Shown: positions 40,501-54,917 of the stretch, piece by piece | Position numbering within the stretch: position 1 is the first letter of the stretch | Layout of the letters: the number at the start of each line of letters is the position of its first letter | Assembly (NCBI RefSeq): GCF_018350175.1 | Contig: NC_058377.1 | Coordinates: forward strand, 106,206,001 to 106,270,000 | Length of the DNA: 64,000 nucleotides | Direction of reading: 5' to 3' | DNA from: Felis catus | Taxonomy: Eukaryota | Position numbers and translations under genes: made by a program | The notes under the pieces: model-generated | Told to the model about the DNA's origin: nothing | Databases searched by the model: none | The model's input: the letters and a program-made list of their open reading frames with translations, nothing else

Positions 40501-42672
40501 CTCGATGCCCATTCCTACCCACCCCGGAGTCTCGAAGTCGACGTCCCCCCAATCCAGGTGAAGGCACACGGGTGACTATAAGCAAAGATCGTGGGACAAG
40601 GGGACCCCGGCAAGCACAGCGTAGCAGGCGCTGGGAGCGTGGATCTTGCGAGGGAATCTCGTTTCTACTGCTTGCCAAGCAGAGGATGTCTTTGGAGTGT
40701 AAACAGAAGTGTGAGGTCAATGCCCGGCGCCGTTCCTCTCAGGCGCCCTTCCTTGGTTGCCTCCTGGTGTCCCTAGGAGCTGGATAAGCCCGAAACGGTT
40801 TCAGTTTGGGCTTCCTGGTAGAGCTTACTATGTTCCCCTTTCCCTCTCAGACCCATTCGGTCACATCCGCTAGAAACAACGTCCCCGCCCCTCGTGTGCC
40901 TACCAGCCTTCGTAGTGGTCCCAGCATGCTGTCTGGCCAGATGCCAAAACTAAGGCTTAAGGTCTCACGAGCGCCTCCCAGATTCAAACTTGGTGGAGGT
41001 TTAGAAGCCCAGAATGCTCTTCTAGAAAAAAGCCTTTTCCTTCCAAGGGCGAACATATGGAGGTGGGACCAGGGCCAAGGCAGGTAAGGTAACAGTCCGA
41101 GGGTGTCTGCTTCTTATGCACTATCAACATCCCCCAAATTCAGGAATACATCCTAACCGTAGGAAGCCTAGGTCATGTTTCTTGCTGGAATACACTTTCC
41201 GGGGGTGGGGTGGGGAGTGCCGAAGGGAGGAGCCACCCTGAAGTAACAGAAGGGTGACCTGTTTTAGGGATAGCCATCACCCCCAGCTTCCCCACACCCC
41301 CACTTCCTTCACGCAGTAAGACAGTAAGCTGTACAGGAATGCAGAGAGGAAACCAAGGGAATAAAGGGCATTCTACCGGAACCGAACTGAGTCTCCTACG
41401 GGTGTATCCACAGGTCCAGGGGCACCGGATGAACTTGGGGCACCTTCAGGAACAGCAGCTTTCCAGCTGCTGCTGAATTTCTGAGCCCTAACAGGCCCTG
41501 GAGGTAATCTAATTCATTACCTCATCCTACAGTGGGGACCCTACCCTCATTCTGTTCAGGAGTCCGCTTTAGTTTCTTCTTGGGTGTTTCATGAAAACTC
41601 CTGAAAGGATCAAGTCTATTTTAATCCCTGCATCCTGAAAGAGTCTGGCACATAGCTGGCACTCAAATATTTAATGAGTGATTGTACTATATACGCTTAA
41701 GTAGCAAGCAATGCAGAGCAGTCACTAAGAAGAACCTTGCTCTTTTTCTACTGCATCAAAGTGTTGGGCAAACTCCACAAGAGTAAGTGAAAATTTCCAC
41801 ATAAGTTCAGAATTGGTAAAAAGCCAGAAGTGCTCAATAAAGGTAGTCTTGATAGGAGTTGTGTGTGTGTTGTTTTAAGCCTCTGCTTAATTTTTCTGCA
41901 CAACTTTCATACTCCTCAGATTGGGGGTGATGGCTGTAGCCCTAGCTGGGGAAAAAGGGGGTTTAAGAGGTTACCAGAGACCAGACGTTAACTATAATTA
42001 ACCACTAAAACTTACTAATTAGCTCGAACACTGAAATCAGTAGGTCCCTGGGGTCTGAACATCTGTCTCGTACAGAGGGAGGAGACAGAGCAGGACCTAT
42101 ATCTATTACAGCACAACCATTTCCAAACTGGGGTTGTGAGCCTGTAGGCATCTCAGCCTTAATGAGTCCTTGAACATGTATTAGAATTACAATTAGGATC
42201 AGTTAGTGCTAGTAATGCAGTGGTGCTTTTGTTAATTCAAGTGACATTCTTATTCCCCAAAATAAGCCCTATCTGACATCTTCCATGGTATAGGAAGGCT
42301 TTTCCTCCTAAGTGGCAACTAATCATTAATAAACTTACTTGGCTCCCAAACGGAACTGGCTTTACCTTGAACCTTAAGCATTTGAGTGGTTTTAGTACAG
42401 GCCAAATGGATCATGATTTATCATGTATTTTCTTCTACTCCAGTGGCCCAGGCGCTCAGAAGCAGGCGCTAAGGAGGCTAACAATCATCAAGTGAATAGT
42501 AGAATCAGAAGGGAGTAAGAGCCACGCAAGAGGAAAGCCAGCCTTGGTTGGACCCAGTACGACTTGAGGAAGCAGCACCAGAAATTGGTCAATCCACCCC
42601 CCCCCCCCATGACACACTCCACCCCAGTCAGTGCAGCCACAGGAGATAGGGTGAATTCAATCCAAATGGTTA

Positions 42673-42678
42673 TTTATT
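42673..42678 (-). terminator. HNRNPUL2 distal poly(A) signal (proximal AATAAA at 44839-44844)
   Basis: tttatt on + at the end of a ~2.7-kb SINE-free 3' UTR. Confidence 0.65.
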
Positions 42679-45343
42679 CTAAAACTGGAAGCTACGGTGC
42701 CTACATTTTTGCCAGGATGTAATGAGAACAGGGGAGGAAAAAGTTACAGATGTAAACAATGACACAGTTACATTTTTTTTTAAACGGTAAAACCCTTTTT
42801 TACTGGCCACTTCCAAGAATGCTTTACAGGTTGTGCAAAAACATTTACAGGCTCCATGTGGTGTTTGTTTTTCTCACAAGCATTTCCATCTACAACAACT
42901 ACAAAAGACGTCTGATAAAACACTAAACAAGTCTTCTAAGGAAAACAAGGCTAGGGATCCCTCTTGGTAAATCCACATTTTCCCCGTAACATTTTTTTTT
43001 TTTTTTTTTTCACAATAAAAAGACAGAAACAAAACCCAGACATCTACAGTTGCTGCAAGGGATCTCTTGGGCTAAACCAACAAGGATGTGGCAGTTTCAC
43101 TCTCCATCCATCAGAAAAACAGCGTTTTTGTTTTTTTTTTTTTAAAGGTGACTTTCTGGTGTCAAAAATTAACAGCAAGTACCTTCCCCTGACTCCCCCA
43201 ACCCCCCCAATCGGCTTAAGCTCTTTGCCCCCCACCCCGGCCCTGAGGGCCTAGCACCCCCAAACCATGTGACTCTAAAAAGATACTATTCGCTGGAGGA
43301 CTGAACATTTGAAAAGGGATGGCAACTTCTGCCTCAAAATTCAACTTACTGTTGTGATATAATCTGGCCCTAAGGGAATTTCTTTGGGCTCCAGTTTTTG
43401 CCTCCTTGCCTTGACACTACGAGCAAAGCTCTCTCAAACTCCCTTAACGATAAAAAGTGAGCGGGTTACAGAAAGGTTCAGGCAATCACTTCACTCACTG
43501 CCTCACACAGATCCATGATGGCACCACAAGGAAGCAGGCGCCAAGAGAAAGGACATTGTTAGGAGCAAGCAAACTTCCTTCGTGCCAGCACCCCTCTTCC
43601 AGCCTCAGGGTCAGAGGTACTTGTAGGGCAGAAGGGTGTATCGGGCAGGGGGTGACCAGAGGACCAGATGTGGGCCTGCCTGCCTAGGGAAGGGCTGCAT
43701 GGAGGTATCAGTGGAGGGAGGGAAAGGTCAAATCTCAGCACAGAATTTTCGGCAGAGAACTGCCCAGGGGAGGAAATGGACACATCGTCTGGTAAGTAAC
43801 ACAACGCTACCCTGGGTCTTCCCTCACTAGCAAGTGCTGCAATACATGGTGTGTGCAGAGTAAGTTCTAGGCTGACAGAATGCTGAGCAGGAAGATGAAT
43901 GAAAACTGAAGCTGAATGTCGAAAGAGCATTCTCATGTCCCACCCATATTCTCGAGCCCAGCAACCCGAAGCTGTTCATCAAGAACTGGGAGGGGGTTGG
44001 TAAAGTTACAAACAAACACTATCCCAATAGAAGTCTCTCGGCGAGAGGCCTCTGTGGGGACATGCAGGGACAGCACCCCCAGACAAATCCTGTTTCAAGA
44101 TGCTGGGAGGGGGCGCTCCCTCTCATGCACACATTACACGCACTCACATTCTCGCTCTTCCCCAAGTTCAGCAGCCCCACTCCGAGCTGCCTCCCCCCCC
44201 CCCGCCCCGCCCCCCTCCCTCCCCTTTCCTATTCACTCTCTACCTGTGTATCAAAAAAACCAGTAGGGCTCATGCCCTCCACACTGTATAAAATAGTTGC
44301 TATTCTCAGCACCTGGGCCTGGTAGCCCACACCACAGGATTCACCTATATACATCTCCTGCTGCAGTGAAAAGAATCCTGCTTCGTTTCTGTGTGAGCTG
44401 AAACCCTGAGAAACGCTCCTTCTCTTGCACTATAAGAGGACAGATGCTCTAACAGAGATGATTTCAGGGACTTCCCGCCTGTCTCAAGTTTGGAAGACAG
44501 AGTAGAGACTGGCAAGTCACAATCTTCAGGCTGAGGGCTTCGATGCCCTTCTCCCCCAGGAGTCTATGGAAACTCATTAACGGGTACATGGAGAGCGCCG
44601 GCTATTCTGCCCTGCAATCACGAACGGTCCCCGTGCCTCCTTGGCCTGGGAAGCCTCCAGAACGGAGCCGCCCGACGGGTGGTCTTCCAAGCCTCAGCCA
44701 AACAGCACAAGGCACGGGAAAGGGGAGACAGGGACGCTTTGGCCTCCCAGCCCACCAGACCGGATATCCCAAGAGGGAAAGGTCAGTAAAGAAAATACAA
44801 ACGGTTAGTTGGTGCAAGTGATTGAGAAGAGCCAATCGTTTATTTTCACTGCCCCGGTCACAAGTGCTCCCTCTGTCCCCACTCCTGCCTGCTCCGGGGA
44901 GAGCGCCCTCATGGGCGTCCCCGCCCTCTCCGCACCACCTCCTCCGCTCTCCCTTCCTTGGCTGCCAGTCCAGCTGCCTTAGAATGTCAGAAGGGTGACA
45001 TTTTTAGTTCTTTTCCTGTCCAACCGCAGGATACAGGACAGGCAGCCCTAAGTGCCGCTTTCTGCACAAATGTTTTTTGATTACAAATATCTAACTAGGT
45101 TTGAAATGTTTTATAGAATAAGACAATATTCTTTTCAACAAACTTTTAAAAAAAATGTACAGTTTTGTCGTTTCCACCTCCCCCCTCCCCTGCCCCTGCT
45201 TGCGCACCCTCCCCCCCACCGCCCCTCCCCGGCAGCTCAGCCCCACCCGAACAGCCCCTGTTTTCCTTGGTTGTGTTTTGGGGGGGTGCCTGGCACCCCT
45301 AGAGATTCAGCTTCATGGCTGACAGGCGAGCATGACAGGGGCT

Positions 45344-46456
45344 TCACCGATACCCTTGGTAACCGTAGTAGTTCCTGTAGTATCGGTCTCTGTCCTGGGG
45401 GTGGTAGTAGTAATTCTGCCACTAGAAGAGAGGGGAAACCCCATCACTCAGAGCCACAGCTGGCCAAGCACGGAGAGGCAGGACACTCATTCCTCTAGTC
45501 CTGCCGCCCCCGCCCCCATCCCCAGAGGATACTCACATCCCGATTGTACTGTCTGTAATAGTCTCTGTATCTGTTGTACTCATAATCCCGCCCGTAGAAT
45601 CGATCATAGTCTCCCCTGTATCGATCGTAGAAATTACGGTAACCCTGAGAAAGGAGAAGTGAAGACTGGTGGGCTTTGGGCGTCAGGATCCACTGCCATC
45701 CCGTTTTGAGTGAGACACACATCAGAGCTTGACATTATCAACAGGCTTAATCTTCCCAGAATAAATTCTTCCAGAGGAACACATTAAATGGGCAAAACCC
45801 TAAGCCCTGAGAAAACAGCCCAAACCACTCTGCTCCCCCAAGCCAGTAGGAATGGCCATCNNNNNNNNNNNNNNNNNNNNNNNNNNNNNNNNNNNNNNNN
45901 NNNNNNNNNNNNNNNNNNNNNNNNNNNNNNNNNNNNNNNNNNNNNNNNNNNNNNNNNNNNNNNNNNNNNNNNNNNNNNNNNNNNNNNNNNNNNNNNNNNN
46001 NNNNNNNNNNNNNNNNNNNNNNNNNNNNNNNNNNNNNNNNATCAAAAAGTCGGAGCCAAAGGCAATTCTGGGGGAATAGGAAGCCTGTTTCTGTCAGGCT
46101 CACACGGTGGTAATTAAGGCACCAGCCAGGAGCTTTTTAAAGAATCTGAAGGGGGGGGGGGTGGGCAGAGAAATAGAGACACAAGAAAACCAAGCCACCT
46201 TGCTTTGGAACCTGCCCAATTCCTGCAAAACATTTAAGATGGCAAAAGGATACATGGCAGAGTTAGAAACAGGAGTAAAAACTGCCATTCGTAGAATCAC
46301 GGACTTTCAGTCTTGGAAGGGACCCCAGCTATCCTGTACCCCAGACCCGTTATTTTATGCGAATGAAAAACAAAGTCTAAATAACAAGCTCCTTAGGGCA
46401 GAAACCTGGTATTCCCAGTGCCTGGCACACGGCAGACACTCAGAAGCTTTGTTGAC

Positions 46457-46496
<40 letters not shown>

Positions 46497-49400
46497 TTTT
46501 AAGGTCAAGTGAATGCACACTGTGGGGTTAACTGACAAACTAGATAGACATGCAGGAGAGAAGTGAATTCTACTACTAGCTTAACTTACTTTGGAACCCC
46601 CCCAAATTACTGAATAATGCATTCACTTTCTGGTCTGCACAGCGGGCTTGATCCAACAGACAAAAGCAGCAAGAAAATTCAGGTTGGGAACCTAACCTCA
46701 CTGCGTGAGTCCTGAGGACATACTGGAAAAGCGAAGCATGAGGTAAAGTGTGGGGCTCGTATTTAAGAATGAAAAAACACCTGCACGGGAAGCTTGCGCA
46801 AACGCTTTTCGAGGACACAAACATTTTTGTTGAAAAGTAACTCCCTTTTGCTGAAGGATTATGGAAGAAGTGCAAGAAGGTGGTTGGTGGGGGGGGGGGG
46901 GGAAGGACACAGGAAGCATATGCTCCTATAATATAGAAGGTACTTCCTCATTGTCTGGGACTGGACTTGGTTTCCTTAGCCTTTCCTTGTGGCTCCTGCC
47001 GTGCGCAGCACAAAGAACAGACTGAGGCAGGGGGCTGGCAGGTCCCCGGGACTCACCATAGCCTTGGCCTCGGCTTCGGTTCTGCCGGTTGCGCTTGTTT
47101 CGGTTGTTTCGGCGGTTTGTCCGCTTCTCGGAGGGGGGCAGCAGCTTCCTTGCCTCCTCCTTGTACTTAGTGACAATGGGCTGAGCTTCCTCCTTCTCCA
47201 GCTCCCCGTAGGTCACCTCATCCATATAGTCGCATTTTTCAGGCAGAGAGAAGTTGGCTGCAAGAGGAAGGGAGAAGCTTGTGGGAGCTGAAAAGCGCAT
47301 ACACATGCAAGATCTCACCCCGAAAACCGAAAACCCCGCTGTAGGAAGAATGGGATTTTCTATGCACATGAAGGTGCTGGGTTCATACCCACTGGCTTAT
47401 CAGAAGTTTCCCCTGAACTGTAACAGTCCCAAGCAAAGGGCTACTTGCAAATTAGATTTACCAGTTCTCAAGTGATCCATAATAAATTAACAGTGAATTG
47501 GGTGAAAGTTTCTTATCAGGACAGATGAAGATAGCTAGAGGCTAAAAATAACCGAGGAAATTTTGGTGTCGGTTAGATAACATGCTAAGAGAGACTCCAT
47601 GAGAAGTGACCCAAACCAAAAAGCATTTACTCATCTATATGAGGAGAGCACAGGAGACAAGAGTACAAGCGGCCTCATTTACTACTTGTGCATGACGGGC
47701 CAGCACATTAGCCAGTCTCTAGACATCAAGTTCTGAGGGTGAGTCTCAGTGGAATTCAGCTCTATGGGGCTCTCTTGACCCTTAGATGAATCCAGTCAGC
47801 CCTCAGTTTTATAAAACTGAACTAAATTCCTCCAAGGACCTGAATTAGTTATGGACTGGCATGGTTCATCCTGAGTCAACTTGGAGAATCCAGCTCTTAG
47901 ATGTGTAACTAGCTCCCATGCCTGGGCATTATCAGAAGTTAAAGAGCCAGTAGCCGAGCAGACAGGTGGGATGACAGAAGCTAAAGGCAGCAAAGGGGGA
48001 AAAAAATCACACTCTAGAGGGAACAAGGGAACAGCAGGAAGTGGGATCAATCAAGATGGTTAATTCTGCCTCATGGAAATGCTGCTATAAGGCTTTGTAT
48101 TATATTAAAAACTTCAGGCACACACCAAAAACCGAAACAAACAAGCCTAACGTGGTATTAGAAATCAAGACATATTGGTAAGATTGTTCACTCCAAACCC
48201 CCCCCCCCCCTTAAGATATAAATTCAATGAAGACAAAGCTTCATTTAATTCACTATTCCCCTATGCCTAAAAGAGTACTGGACAAACAGTGAACACCCTT
48301 GAAACTTTTACTAAATGAATAATGGAATCAACAAAGCCTCAGCTTTGAGTTTTAATCACCCTGTGGTCAGTCCCTACCTCACTTTTTGTATCTTCTCTGG
48401 AATGAATCAAGGAGTTACTGCTGGGGCGCCTGGGTGGCTCAGTCGGTTGAGTGTCCGACTTCGGCTCAGGTCATGATCTCACAGCTCATGAGTTCGAGCC
48501 CCGTGTCAGGCTCTGTACTAATAGCTCAGAGCCTGGAGACTGCTTCTGCATCTCCCTCTCTCTCTGCCCCTAACCCACTCGCATTCTGTCTCTGTCAAAA
48601 ATAAATAAACATTAAAAAAAAAAATTAAAAAAAAAAGAGTTACTGCTTCTCCAGTTACTCTCCTCATTCATTTACCTACAAATGCTTCCTTGATTTACTC
48701 TTAATTTACCATTAGTTTACTCTTTGGATTACACTTTTATTTTTCAGGTAAGCCCTATGTCCCACACGGAACTCGAACTCGTGACCCTGAGATCAAGAGA
48801 TGCATGCTCTACCGACTGAGCCAGGTAGGTGCCGCCAGATTTACACTTTAGATGGGGAGAATCGCTCCAAGTGCTAAGAGGCCTTGGAAAGGTGTGCACT
48901 GACCAAGGACAGGCTCCCTAACTTGTGTAACATTAGCCCACCTTTCATCTCCAGCATTATAGACTCAGGCACATCATCTCCCTCCACTTCCTTCCTCAAC
49001 TCCAGCCTCTTCTTCCAATCTTCCTCATTAGGAACAACCACCACCACTTTTCGACAGAAAGTCTTGAACAGCAACAGCTTCCGCCGTTGGCCAGAGTTGT
49101 ACACGTTACACTAGGGACAGAAAGAACAACAGATGTTTCAGGAATAAAAATTACCACTCATATTCACTTACTGAGCATCTTTTACAAGTGAAGCAAGAAA
49201 TTAGGGGTCTTATAGACACAATTTCCTCTAATTCTTCAAACTCTTTATGACAGGTACTACTCCGTTTTGCACATCAAAAAAACTGAGACTCAGAGACCAA
49301 GACTCGTCAAAGGCCACAAACCTAGTTAAGTGGTGGAGCCAGGAATCCACACAAGCTCCACCTCTGTTCCCATTGCCTCTATTATGTGTTTTATAGTCTG

Positions 49401-52400
49401 GTCCATATACTCTCTGGTAAAAACACAAATAAAAAGGTATCCCTGAATTCCAAAAACATTATGACTCAGTCATATAACACAACCACTTGGTCATACTTAG
49501 GGAACCTGTTTCTGATCCTTAATTCTGTCTCCCTCTACATACGCACCCCGCTTGGACTGTAAGCCGTTTTATCAGATTAAATAGATGCCAAATCTTTCAT
49601 CTTTGGACCGTCTGTAAAATCAGGTTTCTTGTCAATGTTTTCAACGATACCTGATCAAGAATGAAGTTCCTCTTTGTCCGGGAAGCAATCTGGACCAGCT
49701 TACTAAGGCACTGGGAGGCTTGCTGAACTAAAAGGTCTCTGCTTTTGGGGTCCATCTCTGGCTCCTCAAGCCCCTTCATCTGATGAGTTCGAGAGGAAGT
49801 GAAGAGAAACACAAGAAGTTAAGCAGCAAGTTAAAACCCAAGAGTCACTGGTAAATGCCACCTCTTTTAATGCGATCAAAGCTATCATAGCTATTCATAG
49901 CATATCATTCCTATTCCTCAATGCTGTGAACGCATGCTGTCCACTAAGAGTCATTTCCATCTTGATCTGGATATGTTCCAGGTTTTATCTGCTTTGAGAA
50001 ATCTGACAACACAGCAAAAAAAAAAAAAAAAAAAAAAAAGCCCTAAACATATATTAAGACCAACTCCACCAGGAAAGGGTTATAGGCATTTACTTGGAAC
50101 CTCCAGAGCAAATACCACAGCTCACCTCTCCCAGCAACTCACCCTCATTTGACTGATCACAGTCTCAGCTCCCAGGACATTGTATCTTTTCTCAGGGTTT
50201 TCTTTTGCGTATTTTAGTGCCCACTGGGTCTTTCCAGATCCAGGCAGTCCAACCATCAGAATCACCTACAAGTAAACAGAACCAGGAATGCCATGAAAAC
50301 TAAGTGAGGGTCAGGTTCATAAAGCCCAATTTAAGAACATCATCACCTGCCCAGTCAGGTGAAGCTTTAAGAAAAGTCTTCAAGCCAACCATTCCAAAGC
50401 ATAAGTTTTGCACACCGTTTGGCATACCTCACACTGATCTATTGTCTTGGGAGGGACTGCAGTGCGCACACGCTCCTCGACAGGCACAGCATGGATGAAC
50501 ACAAACTCTTCCGGTGGTGGGAAGAAGGGCTCCTCCTTCTGACCAAAGTTTAATTCTACAACACAATTTTTGCAGAGGACATGGGGTAGGAGGGCCCGTT
50601 CTGCCAGGGATTCCTTGTTGATCCGGAATGCCACACCTAGGTCTTCTCCATTCTTGGAAAAGGAAAGTTCTACTTCTTCAGCCTCAAAATTCTACAGTGA
50701 CAACAAACAAGAGCATTCAAGACGTTACAGGAGTTGAGACTGATTAAATCTTGCAATTTAACCTTTAAAAAAAAAGACAACAAAACTCAGACTGCTAAAC
50801 ACAACTAAGCAAACAATACATCAAATGCATAGAAGAGTGGGGTGCCTGGGTGGCTCAGTCGGTTAAGCGTCTGACTTCGGCTCAGGTCATGATCTCGCGG
50901 TTTGTGAGTTCGAGCCCCACATCGGGCTCTGTGCTGACAGCTCAGAGCCTGGAGCGTGCTTCAGATTCTGTCTCTCTCCATCTCTCAGCCCCTCCCCTGC
51001 TCATGCTCTGTGTTTAACGTTAAGTAAACGTTAAAAAAAAAGTTTTTTTTTAAATGCATAGAAGACAGCAGCTGTTAGGAAGCAAGTTGAATTCCCAGTG
51101 CCCTCTACTCACTTCTCGCTAAGAATCCACAACTTTTAGGAGCACTTACAGCAAAGCAGCCAATGACGTCATTCTCCCCAAAACTCTGGCCAAATTCCTC
51201 AAATTGCCCATTCTCTGCCTTGAGTCCTCGTCCATCGAAACCATAAGAGAATTCATCCTCACCTAGAACAGACAGCAAATTAGTTACCTATACCCAAATT
51301 TCCCACGGAATAAACGACACGGCAGCAAACACTAACGATTCAGTTAAAAAGAACGTTACCAAGCTGTGGACGGGAAAAATCAACAGACCATCCAACTCGA
51401 AGCAGAGAAACCTCTGTGCAGCCTTCTTTCATTGGGAGATTCTGGGTTACCTGGCCAAGTCAGAAAAGGAACTCTCAGATACTCTGACCAACTCAGGAGC
51501 AAAGTCTGAGCTGGAAAGACAAGACTTTTGTATCAACTGAAAACAACTGTCACAACTCAACATCAGAATACCAGCTATCAGTGAACTTAAACCAAAGCCA
51601 CGGGGGTCAATTTGTCGGTTGCCAAAGCTAAGGTTATCATTCAAGTGTGGTGCCTTTTCTGCATTAATAAAATACTGGGGGGCAGGAACGAGTACGTAGC
51701 AGTCTAATAAATAATTTAATAAACAAATGGTCTTAATGAGCTGTATACACTACCTTGGCCTCAAAGCAGACTTTCCCCTTTGTCACACCATAAGTACTCC
51801 TTGCCCCAGACCAAAGGGTGGGGAACTTCTCTGAGAAAAGCGGCTGCCCTCCATAGCGGTCTTTGCTCACTTGAAAATGGAGATCCGAGGTATCTGTTAG
51901 AAAGAAACAATCTGTTTATTCCAAAGCCCAACACTTGAAAATCATCAACAGAACGCAAATCTACCCAGGTGTCAAGAACGGATACAAAGTCTCCTATTGC
52001 TAAATCTCTTAAAAATTGCAGGCCATGAAGTTTTAATCTCCAAAATCACTTTGGGTTGGTTGAAAACCCCAACCTGTCTGCCTTATACATACACGTGTCC
52101 AGGTTCACAAGAGTTTGATCCTCCTCCTCATCTTTTGCCTCTTCTTCAGGGGGTGGTGGAGACTTTGAGCTATAGGTATGAGAGAAAAGCAAATACGGTG
52201 TATCCAAAGCCCTCTTCTTTGAGGGGTGTCTGTATCAAGTCTTAAACTATCAGTGAATATAAAATTCCAGCAGACAGCTTCTATCAGCAAATGAGAAAAG
52301 AGCAACAGGAGCTTTCAGAGTGGATTCAATCTGAAACTTACGCCTAGAAAAACCTATTGCATTTTTAAGCCACCCCTCTTTCCATACTCTCCAATCAACA

Positions 52401-54917
52401 TCAGGTAGATAACAAATCAGAGCAGACACCCCTTTCANNNNNNNNNNNNNNNNNNNNNNNNNNNNNNNNNNNNNNNNNNNNNNNNNNNNNNNNNNNNNNN
52501 NNNNNNNNNNNNNNNNNNNNNNNNNNNNNNNNNNNNNNNNNNNNNNNNNNNNNNNNNNNNNNNNNNNNNNNNNNNNNNNNNNNNNNNNNNNNNCTCCTAC
52601 AAAAAGGAGGGAAAGAAAATCAGTTTTCATCTTGGAGCGTAGAATAAGCTCAGAACCAATAGAAACTAAAGGGGCTGAGTAGCTGTCTAATCAGAATAGC
52701 CAGGTTCTTCCCACTGCATCCACAGAATGTTTTATTTCCAAAGATCATCTTCCTGTCACNNNNNNNNNNNNNNNNNNNNNNNNNNNNNNNNNNNNNNNNN
52801 NNNNNNNNNNNNNNNNNNNNNNNNNNNNNNNNNNNNNNNNNNNNNNNNNNNNNNNNNNNNNNNNNNNNNNNNNNNNNNNNNNNNNNNNNNNNNNNNNNNN
52901 NNNNNNNNNNNNNNNNNNNNNNNNNNNNNNNNNNNNNNNNNNNNNNNNNNNNNNNNNNNNNNNNNNNNNNNNNNNNNNNNNNNNNNNNNNNNNNNNNNNN
53001 NNNNNNNNNNNNNNGTCAAACTTGCAGATTTTCCCACCAATACGACGTTTCAAAAAATCCTCTAAGTCTTTACAGAATTTCATAGGTTAATTTAATTTTG
53101 ACTCTTGATTGTCAGGTTTGGATGTAAACTAGGCACTTAATACACATTTTCCAACATTTTCCCACAGCTTCATGATACAGAAGCCTGAGCGTATGTGTCT
53201 TTTTTTAAAGAGTTTGCCTTTCCAGCTTTACAATGCACAGCCATCCACAGCTTTTACTTGTACAGCAAACAGACTCAGGTGCATATTCACAGCTGTATTT
53301 CTATCATGGAATTTTTTTTTTTTTTTAACTGAAGGTTGCCAAGAGCAAACCATTAAGTCACAAGAGACCCATAAATAATACTGCATCTTTACTGCACATA
53401 ATTTGGAGTAGAAAGGTGTTGTCGTATATTTAGCAACATTCTCTGCAAGAGGGAAAAAAAACTGGAATTTTTCTTCAAGCTTTTGTAGTTTGCAACATTC
53501 AGGTTCTTAACAATAATTTCCTTAAAGCAGTCCTTTATCCCTCAACCTTTTTTATCTTCTATTTGGGATACACACGAAGTCAAAGGTTATGTAATGGGAT
53601 TTTTGTTCCAGGACACAGAACAAACAATCTGCAACTTGCATGTGACTGTCTTAGAAAGGGTTCCAATTATACCATGATTACTAATAGCAGCCTAAAAAAA
53701 TGTATTGGAAGAATTAAGGCACCCCACTACACAGCAAGACTTGGAAGCACCTCTAGTTTTCCTGCCTACTCTGACAGATAATTACGGATTTGGTCTAACC
53801 ATCCAATCACTTCAAAAGAAGAGAGAGAAAGGTCACTAACTCCCTGGGCAACTCTACACACTCTTCCGCGAGGTTATTCCGTGAACCCACCAACACCTCA
53901 ATAGTTCCAATTCAGGAAGTCAGGGACCTAGAACTTAAAAATGCTTTAAGTGCACAGCCAATCCACAAATTTGTCCATCGGCAGACTCAGTGGAAAAATT
54001 CAAACTTAATCATATGAATTCAAGCAAGGTAAAACATCTAGCCAACTGGTGTTAACTAACTTACTCTAAACGCACTAGATTAAGACTTTCCCTTCACTAG
54101 TTAACTATTAAACTCCACACCCTCAAACCACAGGCTGCTAAAGCAGGAGCAAGGTTAGATTTTCAGATTCACTGTGTGGCTCAAGCGCCAGTAATGTGAT
54201 GGAGCGGACTTTGGCGAACTTAGCCTATTGCTTAATATTTTTAAGGCGGAAATACCAATAGGTAACCCAAAGGCCAAAGCCTCCAACAGTCCTGTCTGGC
54301 TGTCCCTGCAATAGCCAATTTCTCATCGCATTCCCGCTTTAGGAAAAGAGAACCAATACGGCGGGAGACTGCTCCACAGGTAGCTCACAAGCAGTTCGCA
54401 TGCAAAATCGCTCACTTCCATCCACCACCACCAAGGAACCAAGTTAGGCAGGAAGCTCCCTCTTGCAGAGAGGGGGCCCGCCAGAGGCAGTCAAACCCTC
54501 CAGAAAGGTGGGTAGAGAATGAAAGCCACCTCCCCTGGGGAGAGAGTCCCACCAAAAGGCGATGGGAATCTTGCGCTTTCGGGCAAGCGAGAACAAGGAA
54601 ACGGACCCCGCGGTGCATGGCTGACTGCTGGGTCGGGGCAGTTTGGAGCCGGGCTCCGCTACCAGCTCCTCACCCTGTTCCTCTGCGGCCTTGTCACCCG
54701 GAGCTTCGGATCCTGGTGTCTCGTCCCCGCTCCGCTCCTCCGGCTCGTCTTCCTCCCCCTTGCCGGTGCCCTGCTCTTCGCCACCATTTACCCCACCTGA
54801 CCCGGCCGTGGCCTCCTCTGCCGGCTTCTCGGAAGCATCGGGCTCGGCCGCGGCCTCCATGGCTGCCGCCTCCGGGGGCTCCGGCGGCGGCTGCGCGGCC
54901 TGGCCCGAGGCCTGGGC
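45344..54917 (-). CDS. HNRNPUL2: Heterogeneous nuclear ribonucleoprotein U-like 2 (partial; start codon and two exons fall in N gaps)
   Basis: Visible exons 54674-54917(+gap), 52596(into gap), 52093-52169, 51754-51893, 51360-51450, 51150-51262, 50428-50691, 50143-50265 (P-loop VGLPGSGKT), 49651-49779, 48942-49110, 47057-47257, [gap 45861-46040], 45537-45644, 45344-45421 (YYGYQGYR*). Confidence 0.96.
46459..46495 (+). repeat. (AC)n microsatellite, reading (UG)n in HNRNPUL2 pre-mRNA
   Basis: Direct reading. Confidence 0.95.
48423..48833. mobile_element. Can-SINEs (48423-48636 +; ~48745-48833 -)
   Basis: SINE head and tail; gagttactgct TSD around the first. Confidence 0.9.
50839..51041 (+). 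mobile_element. Can-SINE
   Basis: SINE head; aaatgcatagaaga duplication flanks it. Confidence 0.92.
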
